64,000 bases of DNA from an uncultured Bryobacteraceae bacterium (GTDB lineage: Bacteria > Acidobacteriota > Terriglobia > Bryobacterales > Bryobacteraceae): positions 20,316 to 84,315 of the forward strand of contig CAXTWH010000021.1 of NCBI GenBank assembly GCA_964247975.1, given 5' to 3'. Below are positions 19,530 through 28,530 of the stretch, one piece after another (within the stretch, counting starts at the first letter, position 1; the number at the start of each line of letters is the position of its first letter). A program made the position numbers and the translations under genes. The notes under the pieces are model-generated. The model did no database searches and was not told the DNA's origin. It saw only the letters and a program-made list of their open reading frames with translations.

Positions 19530-22500
19530 ATGCCAGCCAGAGTTCGCTGCGCTTTTTTGCTCGTCCTTTTTTCGGCTACGTTAGCCTGGCCTCAATCGGA
19601 AGCTGTGAATGCACAGCTTAATGGTACGGTGCAGGACCAGAATGGAGCCAGCGTACCGGGCGCCAAAGTTTCTCTGTTGAACCCGGACGCAGCTTTCAGC
19701 CGTCTGTTCACCACCAACGACAACGGGCAGTACACGTTCACGCTGATCCCGCCCGGGCGCTACCAGATCAAAGTGGAAAAAGAAGGTTTCAGCACATTCT
19801 TGCAGCAGAACGTGGTTCTGGCGGTCGGTCAATCGTCGAGCCTGGATCTTCAACTGCAAGTCGGCTCTTTATCGCAGACCGTGGAGGTGGAAGCAACCCC
19901 ACCGTTGTTGAACACCGGCAGCGCGGATATCGCCTCCGAAGTGAGCGGCAAACAAGCAGTGGAACTGCCGTTAAACATCCGCAATGTGTACGGCTTGGTG
20001 GCGCTCGATTCCAGCGTCAACAACAGCCAGCAGAACCAGGCGTTGAACCCGCCAGGCTCACAAGGCAATGTGGACCAGGATATTGCGTTTTTTAATTTCG
20101 GCGGCGGACGCTTCGGCACCACCGCGTTCCTGCTCGATGGTCACTGGGATGGCGCGGGAGATTGGGACGGCACCATCTTCGTGCCTTCCGTGGACGAACT
20201 GGAAGAATTCAAAATCCAAACCAACACCTTCTCGCCGCAGTATGGCTGGAGCATGGGCAACGTTATCAATGCGGTAACAAAATCCGGCACCCGCAGTTTT
20301 CATGGAAGCGCTTTCGAGTTTCTGCGCAACAACAATCTGGATGCTAATAATTACTTCAACAACCTGAACGGTTTGGATCGCCCGCAGTTCAAGCGCAATC
20401 AGTTCGGATTTACCGCCGGCGGTCCGGTGTATCTGCCGGGCCTCTACCGACAGCGCGATAAAACGTTTATTTTTGGAACCTACGAGGGATTAAGGCAGCA
20501 AACGCCGACCACGCTCGTGACCACCGTTCCCACCGCCCTGCAGCGGCAGGGAAATTTTTCGCAGACGTTTAACCCGGACGGCAGCCTGGCGACAATCTAT
20601 AATCCCTTCAGCACCACACTGCAAAACGGCCAGTACGTGCGCACCATGTTTCCGGGAAACATCATTCCGCAGAATCTATTCGATCCGGTTGCCCAAAAGC
20701 TTTTGCAGTATTATCCTGCGCCGAACCGCCAAGGCAGTTCGATTACCGGCGCGAATAATTTTGTGGGAACCGCCGGGCTGCCCACTAACAGCGATCAATA
20801 CACCGTCAAGGCAGACCACAACATTAACGAGCAGCAGCGATTTTTTGCCCGCTGGTCGCAAAAACGTCAGTTTAAACAATTGGAAGGAGCTTTTTTCGGC
20901 GCCAACAATCCCGGCGGCAACGGCACATTAGCGCCGGACAACCGGTTTGATGGAGGCGTGGGGTACAGCTGGACTATCTCGCCGACCTTTGTGTTAAGCG
21001 CAAACTTCGGCTGGGGCCGCTGGGCGGAAGGCCGCACGCCTCAAGGCGTTCCTTTTCAACTTTCCTCCTTGGGATTACCCGCCGCGCTGGATAACTTCGG
21101 CGGCCCGGGTGCTTTCCCCAATATCAGCCTTACCGGGCTTCAGAACCTTGGCTCAGGCGTGTTGAATTCCACTCCGCGCGAAGCAAGAACTTACTCGATT
21201 GACTTCACAAAAGTGGCCGGCGTGCATACGGTTTCGTTCGGCTTCACCGGAATCACATTTATCCTGAATACTTTCAATTCTTCGCAGGCTTCGTTTAATT
21301 TCAGTCCGACCTTTACGCAAGGGCCGAATGCAACCACCGGCAATGCCGATACCGGATCAAGCGTTGCTTCCTTCCTGCTGGGCACCGCTGATACCAATAA
21401 CAGCGCCATCACCTACAACGCTGATGCCGCTTACTCGAAGAAATTCTTCGGCTGGTACGTCAACGACGATTACAAAATCAAGCGTAATCTCACCTTGAAC
21501 TTGGGACTGCGCTATGACTTTCAAACCGCTCCAATCGATCGGTTTAACCGGCTGTCTTATTTTGATTTCAGACAGAACCCGATCAGCCAGCAGGTTGGTT
21601 TGAATCTACCCGGCTACTTGAACTATACAGGCGGCAGCAATCCGCGCGGCGTATATGATCCGCAGTACACCAACTTCGCACCGCGCATCGGCATGAACTA
21701 TGCGCCTACCCAGACGCTAGTTTTCCGCGCCGGTTTCGGCATGTTCTACACTCCCGCGATGGAGTTTGGCGATTACCAGGGCTTGTCGCTGAACGGCTTT
21801 TCGCAAGCTACTCCATATGTGGGCACCGTAAATGGCGTTACGCCGCAAAATTTGCTGAGCAATCCTTTCCCGAATGGACTCTTGCAGCCAGTGGGCGAAA
21901 CCGCTGGTGGCGCTACAAACGTTGGCCAAAACATCAACGCCGTTCTGCGCAGCCGTCCTACTCCGTATACGGAACAATGGACCGGCAATATTCAATATCA
22001 AGTGGCAAACACCGTGCTGCAGGCCGCCTACATCGGCAATCACGGCGTGAAACTGCTTTTCAATGAAAGCTATGAACTAAATCAACTGCCGGTGGCAGAT
22101 TTGGCTTTGGGCAACGCTTTGCTGGCACCCGTGCAAAATCCGTTTTACGGAACCATCAAAGCAGGATCGCTATCCGAACAAACAATTCCCTATGGGCAGC
22201 TTCTGCGCCCATTTCCGGAATACACGTCGGTCAGCAATGTGCAAGCGCCCTCGTCTTTCAGCACTTATCATGCTCTGGCGCTTTCCGCCAACCGGCGTTT
22301 CAGCAACGGCCTCCAGTTCCTGCTTTCTTATACTTGGTCGAAGTATTTAACTAACTCCGAAGGCCCGGAAGGGTGGACAAACGGCCAGGCCCAATCCGTT
22401 CGCAACTGGTATGATGCGGCGCTTGAAAAATCATTGATGAGCAACGATATTCCGCGCTCCTTTGTGGCGAGCTATGTGTATGAACTGCCGGTCGGCAAAG

Positions 22501-22991
22501 GAAAGAAACTCGCGCCTTCCAACAAATTTGTGAACGCCGCTATCGGCGGCTGGCAGGTGTCGGGAATTTCTTCTTTCAAGGACGGTTTTCCGCTTTCAGT
22601 CACGGCTTCCGTGAACAACACAAATTCATTCGGCGGAAACCAGCGGCCCAACATTTCCGGTAATCCCAATCTCACGGGCGGGCAGAGTATTTACCAGTGG
22701 TTTGACATCTCGAAATTTTCTGAACCTGCGCCTTTTACATTTGGAAATGTGCCGCGAACAATGGGCTATCTTCGCGCGCAAGGCACCATCAATACCGATG
22801 CCACGCTGCAAAAATACTGGCAGCTTTGGAATGAAACCAGCAGGCTACAGCTTCGCGCGGAATTCTACAACTTATTCAATCGAGCGCAGTTCTTCGCTCC
22901 TGGCACTACCTACGGTACTTCTACCTTTGGCGTTGTGCCGGGCGCGCTACCGGCCCGCTCAATTCAGTTTGGATTAAAGCTATATTGGTGA
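19530..22991 (+). CDS. TonB-dependent receptor with N-terminal carboxypeptidase-regulatory domain
   Basis: GTVQDQNGASVPGAKV, LPLNIRN, PSVDELEEFKIQT, TKSGTRSFHGSAFEFLRN, LNLGLRYD, FAPRIG, terminal RSIQFGLKLYW. Confidence 0.92.
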   Translation: MPARVRCAFLLVLFSATLAWPQSEAVNAQLNGTVQDQNGASVPGAKVSLLNPDAAFSRLFTTNDNGQYTFTLIPPGRYQIKVEKEGFSTFLQQNVVLAVGQSSSLDLQLQVGSLSQTVEVEATPPLLNTGSADIASEVSGKQAVELPLNIRNVYGLVALDSSVNNSQQNQALNPPGSQGNVDQDIAFFNFGGGRFGTTAFLLDGHWDGAGDWDGTIFVPSVDELEEFKIQTNTFSPQYGWSMGNVINAVTKSGTRSFHGSAFEFLRNNNLDANNYFNNLNGLDRPQFKRNQFGFTAGGPVYLPGLYRQRDKTFIFGTYEGLRQQTPTTLVTTVPTALQRQGNFSQTFNPDGSLATIYNPFSTTLQNGQYVRTMFPGNIIPQNLFDPVAQKLLQYYPAPNRQGSSITGANNFVGTAGLPTNSDQYTVKADHNINEQQRFFARWSQKRQFKQLEGAFFGANNPGGNGTLAPDNRFDGGVGYSWTISPTFVLSANFGWGRWAEGRTPQGVPFQLSSLGLPAALDNFGGPGAFPNISLTGLQNLGSGVLNSTPREARTYSIDFTKVAGVHTVSFGFTGITFILNTFNSSQASFNFSPTFTQGPNATTGNADTGSSVASFLLGTADTNNSAITYNADAAYSKKFFGWYVNDDYKIKRNLTLNLGLRYDFQTAPIDRFNRLSYFDFRQNPISQQVGLNLPGYLNYTGGSNPRGVYDPQYTNFAPRIGMNYAPTQTLVFRAGFGMFYTPAMEFGDYQGLSLNGFSQATPYVGTVNGVTPQNLLSNPFPNGLLQPVGETAGGATNVGQNINAVLRSRPTPYTEQWTGNIQYQVANTVLQAAYIGNHGVKLLFNESYELNQLPVADLALGNALLAPVQNPFYGTIKAGSLSEQTIPYGQLLRPFPEYTSVSNVQAPSSFSTYHALALSANRRFSNGLQFLLSYTWSKYLTNSEGPEGWTNGQAQSVRNWYDAALEKSLMSNDIPRSFVASYVYELPVGKGKKLAPSNKFVNAAIGGWQVSGISSFKDGFPLSVTASVNNTNSFGGNQRPNISGNPNLTGGQSIYQWFDISKFSEPAPFTFGNVPRTMGYLRAQGTINTDATLQKYWQLWNETSRLQLRAEFYNLFNRAQFFAPGTTYGTSTFGVVPGALPARSIQFGLKLYW

Positions 22992-24152
22992 TTGTTTTCA
23001 CCAGTGCGCTTCTTTCAAATTCTCGTTTGCTGCGTGTTCTGCGCCGGTTCTCTAACAGCGCAGAACGATCTTGCTGAAAAAATACGATCCGCGCAGCAGA
23101 ATGAAGACTTCGCGCTGGCGGCCAAACTGTATGGCCAACTGATCGCCTCAGGCGTGGATGCGCCGGAGGTACGAAGCAACTACGGCGTTATGCTGTACCT
23201 ATCACATCAGAATAAGCAGGCGTTGGAACAGCTTCAAACAGCCCTGCGCTACAACCCTAATCTGACGAGCGCGAATCTCTTTGCCGGTTTAACGGAATCT
23301 GAACTGGGCCGGTGGCGCGAAGCTTTGCCTTACCTATCCCGAGCGGAGCGGGCTGACCCAAACAATGAAGCGATTCCGCTGGCCGCTGCGAAGGCTTATG
23401 TGGCTTTGCGTGATTATCAATCCGCCAATGCGCAGTATCGTAAAACGGCGGAACTGAATCCGAAATCCGCTGAAGCCTGGTACGGCGTTGGAGTTACCTA
23501 CCGCAGCCTGGCTGAACAGAAATTAAATCAAGCAGCGCGCGGCGGCACACCGGGAAACACTGCCGAAGCCAAACAACTGCTCGATCAAGCTTCTGTCGCT
23601 TTAAATCACGCTATTGAACTGGACCCTAGCTCCGCCCGGGCGCATTTGATTCTGGCTGAATCCATGCGCGATGCGGGCGACTTCCTGAAATCGCTGGAAG
23701 AATACCAAAAGACCATCAAGCTCGATCCGCAGATGGAAGCGGCTTACCTGGGGCTTGCCACGGGTTATTGGAAGATGCGGGAATTTGAAGAAGCGCTGCC
23801 CCGGCTGAAACATGTGCTGGCAAATTCACCGGACGATCCGGAAGCAAATGGCATTATGGCGGATATTCTGGAACAAAGCGGTGACCATGCCAACGCCAAA
23901 CATTATGCTGAAGCTGCGCTGCGCGGAAACCCTGATCTGATTTACACCCGGGTGGTATTAGCCCGTATTTATTTGGCGCAGCAACAGCCGAAACTGGCGA
24001 TTGAGGAATTGCAGCGCGTGGCGTCCGCCGATTTGGATGGAACTTATCATTACCTGCTTTACCGCGCCTACCTGCAAGCCGGAAACAAGCAGCAGGCGCA
24101 AGCCGCCTTGGCGAAGTTCCAACAGAAAATGTACACTGCGCCAAAGCAGTAA
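22992..24152 (+). CDS. Secreted tetratricopeptide-repeat protein
   Basis: TTG start directly after the receptor stop; signal peptide; repeated TPR helices (ALRYNP, AELNPKSAEAWYGVG, ELDPSSARAH). Confidence 0.85.
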   Translation: MFSPVRFFQILVCCVFCAGSLTAQNDLAEKIRSAQQNEDFALAAKLYGQLIASGVDAPEVRSNYGVMLYLSHQNKQALEQLQTALRYNPNLTSANLFAGLTESELGRWREALPYLSRAERADPNNEAIPLAAAKAYVALRDYQSANAQYRKTAELNPKSAEAWYGVGVTYRSLAEQKLNQAARGGTPGNTAEAKQLLDQASVALNHAIELDPSSARAHLILAESMRDAGDFLKSLEEYQKTIKLDPQMEAAYLGLATGYWKMREFEEALPRLKHVLANSPDDPEANGIMADILEQSGDHANAKHYAEAALRGNPDLIYTRVVLARIYLAQQQPKLAIEELQRVASADLDGTYHYLLYRAYLQAGNKQQAQAALAKFQQKMYTAPKQ

Positions 24153-24159
24153 TTGTTGG

Positions 24160-25467
24160 TTACCGCTGTTCCCGTAATTTCTGGTCACGGGCCAGCGCGG
24201 CGCGGCGAAGCTGATTTGATTTTTGCATCTCTGCTTGCGATTCCGTTTTCCGGCCTAATTTATTGAAAGCCGTCGCCAGTTCGTAATGAACTTCGCCGTT
24301 TGTATCGGTTCCCAACCCTTGCGATAGTTCCTGAACTGCCTGTTCAAATTGCCCTAAGTGAAGATACGCTCTGCCTAAATCCGCATGGGCGGCGGAAGCT
24401 TCCGGCTGCATCGCTAAGAATTTTTTCAACAAAGGAATGGCTTCAACTTCATGATGCTGACGTATTGCGATGTTGCCCAATTCAAACCAGGCTTGACTGG
24501 CTTGCGGGTTGATTTTCAGCGCATCGCGCAACGAAGATTGAGCGCGATCAAACTCGCCAAGCTGCCAGTAAACAGTTCCCATTCCAAGCAGCGAAGCAGC
24601 ATTCTCCGGCTGCTTCTGATTGGCAAGCTGGTACTGCGCCAACGCGCCTTGCAGATTTCCGCGCTGGCGTTCAACGTCGCCGCGAAACAAGGCCGCTTGC
24701 CAGGAATCCGGCGCTAAAGCAACAAATCGCGCAAACGCATCCTGCGACTTTTCGGCCAGCGTTCGCGCCAGTGCAAACTGCCGGGCCGCTTCGGTGGTGG
24801 CGTCCGTATCCGGCGATGCTGCTTCCCCGAAAGCTTCTTTGGCTAACTGCGCGCCGCCGGTAGCCAGCAGATATTCGCCCAATAAGCGGTTGAAATAAGG
24901 TTTTCCTCCCGGCATCTGGGCCAGCCGCCGCGAGGCGTTTTCCGCTTCCTGCTCATAACAGATGGCCAGTCCATATAAAGCCTCCACATCGTTGCCGGAT
25001 TGGTTTGTCAAGCGAAAATAATATCCTTCAGCTTCGGCAAGTTGGTTCAATCCTATATGTGCGCTTGCCAACCCAAGCATCGCATCACGATTGGCGGCAT
25101 TTGCTTTCAAAACCTGTTCAAGCGGCGGGAAAGCATCGCGGTAACGTTGGCACTGCACTGCGGCTAATCCCGCGATCAAAGCTGCTGAAACCATTTCCGG
25201 ATGATCGCGCCAGAGTTTCGCGGTGATGCCGTAAGCTTCGCTGTAGCGATGCGTTTGGTAGTACATCGCCGCCAGATTATTCAAAGCATCCGGCGCGTTG
25301 GGGCGGAGCCGCAAAGCCTGCTGATAATTTTCAATCGCGCCCTGGTAGTTCCCGTTCTGCGCAAATGCCGCTGCCTGTTGAAACAATTCTTCGTAGGTGG
25401 CGGCCGCGTTCAACTGCAGTTCGCTGACGGCCGCAATCAAAACAAGAATAAAAAGCCGGATGCCCAC
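24160..25467 (-). CDS. Secreted tetratricopeptide-repeat protein
   Basis: Signal peptide; YQQALRLRPNAPDALNNLA, KINPQASQAWFELG, HYELATA. Confidence 0.85.
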   Translation of the reverse strand: MGIRLFILVLIAAVSELQLNAAATYEELFQQAAAFAQNGNYQGAIENYQQALRLRPNAPDALNNLAAMYYQTHRYSEAYGITAKLWRDHPEMVSAALIAGLAAVQCQRYRDAFPPLEQVLKANAANRDAMLGLASAHIGLNQLAEAEGYYFRLTNQSGNDVEALYGLAICYEQEAENASRRLAQMPGGKPYFNRLLGEYLLATGGAQLAKEAFGEAASPDTDATTEAARQFALARTLAEKSQDAFARFVALAPDSWQAALFRGDVERQRGNLQGALAQYQLANQKQPENAASLLGMGTVYWQLGEFDRAQSSLRDALKINPQASQAWFELGNIAIRQHHEVEAIPLLKKFLAMQPEASAAHADLGRAYLHLGQFEQAVQELSQGLGTDTNGEVHYELATAFNKLGRKTESQAEMQKSNQLRRAALARDQKLREQR

Positions 25468-25475
25468 AATAAACG

Positions 25476-26486
25476 CTAAGGCGTGCGCGAAGCCGTATAA
25501 GCGGCGATGTTCAGCATGTCTTCCTGGCTTAGGTTTTCCACCACTGATTTCATTAGTTGCGTCCAGGCTCCATTGCGCGTGCCTTGCTGCATGTCGTACA
25601 ATTGCCGCACTAGATAACTAGGCGAGCGCCCGGCAATGCCGGGAACAGGGCCAAGCCCTTTCAAATCAGCTCCGTGGCAAGCGCCGCAAGCCAGCGTTTT
25701 CCCGTTTCCCGCCGTGACTAGCTTTTCGCCTTTGTTGATGCTTCCGCGCGGCGCATAAGCGATGAACCCGGAGCGTGGATCGCGCAGTGTTTCGGTCGCT
25801 TCAGCATTTTCCGGCATTTCAATGATGCGCTGGCCGATCGGCTCTGTTCCGCCGCCTTCAATCGGCAGATACATGCCGATGGAAATGCGCGTTTTAGGAA
25901 CGGTGTCGGTTTCTACCACCTTGATCCAGGGTGTCCATTTCATGGAACTGAAGTAATCAGCGGCTGCTTTGGTTTCCTCATCGGTCATGGCTTTGGCATA
26001 CGCTGCCATCAAATTTGTATTCTTCTTGCGCGTATCGGCGCTTTTTCGTTCGCCGTTTTTGAATTCGCTCATCTGTTCCAGGAAGTAACTGGAAGAAAAG
26101 CCCGCAATGCCCGCGTTTTCCGGTCGGCCTTTGCCGTTCGGGTAATGGCACAAAGAGCAAGCCCACACATCCGGCCTGCGTCCGTGGGCCACAATCTCAG
26201 GCATCACTGGATGATCATTCGGATACCAGTCAGCCGGGCCGAAATGATCGCTGATCTGCGCCGCAGTGAACGTCGCAGAACTGCCCGAAAGCTGTTTGGG
26301 CGTATTATCCGGCGCGGCATGGGGCGGTGTCTGCCCGCCGCCCTGATTTGTCGGGGGCGCGCCCGGCTGCTGCGTGCCGTAAGCCCAGGTCGGCGGTCCG
26401 CCGCTGTCGGCAGGAGCCGAGCCTGCCCTCCATAGCAAAGCCGCCGCCAGCACAATCGCAAACTGAATGATGCGTTTCATGTGCAT
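25476..26486 (-). CDS. Diheme c-type cytochrome (c4/c553-like)
   Basis: Signal peptide; two heme-binding motifs CSLCH and CGACH, each followed by xAGxSxxYL and a distal Met. Confidence 0.88.
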   Translation of the reverse strand: MHMKRIIQFAIVLAAALLWRAGSAPADSGGPPTWAYGTQQPGAPPTNQGGGQTPPHAAPDNTPKQLSGSSATFTAAQISDHFGPADWYPNDHPVMPEIVAHGRRPDVWACSLCHYPNGKGRPENAGIAGFSSSYFLEQMSEFKNGERKSADTRKKNTNLMAAYAKAMTDEETKAAADYFSSMKWTPWIKVVETDTVPKTRISIGMYLPIEGGGTEPIGQRIIEMPENAEATETLRDPRSGFIAYAPRGSINKGEKLVTAGNGKTLACGACHGADLKGLGPVPGIAGRSPSYLVRQLYDMQQGTRNGAWTQLMKSVVENLSQEDMLNIAAYTASRTP

Positions 26487-26515
26487 CTAGATATATCAAG
26501 CGCGTCGGCAGCGTT

Positions 26516-27724
26516 CTAGGAAGCCGCCAGCATTTCGGCCACTTTGCCGATGTACTGTCTTGTGTTGAGCCATTGCTGATCCTTGCCGACAAGCAATGCC
26601 AAATCCTTGGTCATGAAGCCTGCTTCCACGGCTCCCACCGTTGCTTTTTCCAGTTTGTCGGCAAACTCCACCACATCGGGCGTATTGTCGAACTGGCCGC
26701 GATAGCGCAGCCCTGATGACCAGGCAAAAATGGAAGCAATCGGATTAGTAGAAGTTTCTTTGCCTTTCTGGTGCTCGCGGTAGTGCCGCGTCACAGTGCC
26801 GTGCGCTGCTTCAGTTTCCACTGTGCTGCCGTCCGGCGTAATCAGAACCGAAGTCATTAAACCCAGCGAGCCGAAGCCTTGCGCCACCACGTCCGATTGC
26901 ACGTCGCCGTCATAATTTTTGCAGGCCCACACGAATCCGCCTTCGGATTTAATCGCAAACGCAACCAGATCATCAATCAAGCGATGTTCGTAAGCCAAAC
27001 CTGCTTTTTGAAATTTTTCTTGAAATTCCTGCTCGTAGATCGATTGGAAAAGATCTTTGAATCGTCCGTCATATTTCTTCAGGATTGTGTTTTTAGTGGA
27101 AAGATAGACCGGAAGCTTGCGCGAAAGTCCGTAATTGAAACAAGCCCGGGCAAAGCCGCTGATTGATTCATCCAGGTTGTACATCCCTAGGGCCACGCCT
27201 ACGCTTTTGAAGTCAAACACTTCATACTGTATGGGCGTGCTGCCGCTTTTGGGCGTAAATGTTAGAGTCAGCTTGCCCGGTTCGTTCACCACTAAATCAG
27301 TAGCGCGGTATTGGTCGCCAAACGCATGGCGGCCCACTACAATCGGTTGAACCCAACCCGGCACGTAGCGCGGCACGTTGCGGCAGATAATTGGCTCGCG
27401 GAAAATGGTGCCATCCAGAATGTTACGGATTGTGCCGTTAGGCGATTTCCACATCTGCTTCAAATTGAACTCTTTTACCCGCGCCTCGTCCGGAGTGATG
27501 GTGGCGCATTTCACTCCCACGCCGTACTGCTTAATGGCGTTGGCGGAATCAACCGTCACCTGGTCGTTGGTGGCATCGCGATGTTCAATGGAAAGGTCGA
27601 AGTACTCCAAATCAACAGCTAAATGCGGCAGAATCAGCGAATCTTTGATGTTCGCCCAGATAATGCGCGTCATCTCGTCGCCGTCGAGCTCCACCAGCGG
27701 AGTTTTAACCTGAATTTTTGCCAT
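26516..27724 (-). CDS. icd: NADP-dependent isocitrate dehydrogenase (eukaryote-like subfamily)
   Basis: [60 protein letters not shown]. Confidence 0.97.
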   Translation of the reverse strand: MAKIQVKTPLVELDGDEMTRIIWANIKDSLILPHLAVDLEYFDLSIEHRDATNDQVTVDSANAIKQYGVGVKCATITPDEARVKEFNLKQMWKSPNGTIRNILDGTIFREPIICRNVPRYVPGWVQPIVVGRHAFGDQYRATDLVVNEPGKLTLTFTPKSGSTPIQYEVFDFKSVGVALGMYNLDESISGFARACFNYGLSRKLPVYLSTKNTILKKYDGRFKDLFQSIYEQEFQEKFQKAGLAYEHRLIDDLVAFAIKSEGGFVWACKNYDGDVQSDVVAQGFGSLGLMTSVLITPDGSTVETEAAHGTVTRHYREHQKGKETSTNPIASIFAWSSGLRYRGQFDNTPDVVEFADKLEKATVGAVEAGFMTKDLALLVGKDQQWLNTRQYIGKVAEMLAAS

Positions 27725-27838
27725 AGTTGCTAAGGGATGAATACAAAGCTATTAAAGCAAAAGCCGCTATCTGCCTGTCCATGAACGCATATAACGCATA
27801 TAATGATGGCTGTTCGCTTTTCTCTGAAAGGATACATT

Positions 27839-28522
27839 ATGCGCCTTGTTCACGGCTCGGCTTTGGTTGTTGCCTGCCTTGCACTCATTCCTTCCGTTGT
27901 TTTCACTCAAACTCAATCGGACATCAGCGGCATTTCCGCTCCCGGCTGGAAAGCAGCCGTTGATGCCAACGGCGATGCCGGGGAACTGAAAGAAGCAAAA
28001 CTAGGGAAAGAAGGCGATGCCTTGCACGTCACTACCGGCCCGGCAGCCGCATTCTGGAATCCGGCCAATAAAGCCGCTGGCAGCTATACGGTAAAGGCAA
28101 CTTTCAACGAGCCGAAATACATGGGCTTAAACGATCATCCTCATCCATATGGCATCTTTATCGCCGGTAATAACCTGGGAACTGCCCAGCAAAGCTATCT
28201 TTACTGCGCCGCCTACGGCAACGGCAACTTCATCGTGCGCGGATTCGGCCCTGAGCCGTTTCAAATGAACGGCAAGCGGCCTGAAGCAAACGCGGCCGTG
28301 CATAAAGCCGCAGGTCCGGGCCAGCCCGTTACGCAGGAAATTGCTCTTTCCGTAAAAGGCGACCGCGTTGAATGCGCCATCAATGGCGCCACGGTAGCAG
28401 GCTACGACAAATCGGCCGTGGTTTCGTCGGGAAAGCTTTCTTCCACTGACGGCATCTACGGCTTTCGCTTTGCCCACAACACCGATGCCACTGTAACAGG
28501 TCTAACTATGACCAAGAACTAA
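27839..28522 (+). CDS. Secreted hypothetical protein, possibly a concanavalin-A-like beta-sandwich
   Basis: ATG 27839 after GAAAGG; signal peptide; beta-rich pattern (HVTTGPA, YTVKATF, VECAING, GIYGFR). Confidence 0.65.
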   Translation: MRLVHGSALVVACLALIPSVVFTQTQSDISGISAPGWKAAVDANGDAGELKEAKLGKEGDALHVTTGPAAAFWNPANKAAGSYTVKATFNEPKYMGLNDHPHPYGIFIAGNNLGTAQQSYLYCAAYGNGNFIVRGFGPEPFQMNGKRPEANAAVHKAAGPGQPVTQEIALSVKGDRVECAINGATVAGYDKSAVVSSGKLSSTDGIYGFRFAHNTDATVTGLTMTKN

Positions 28523-28530
28523 ATTGTTCG

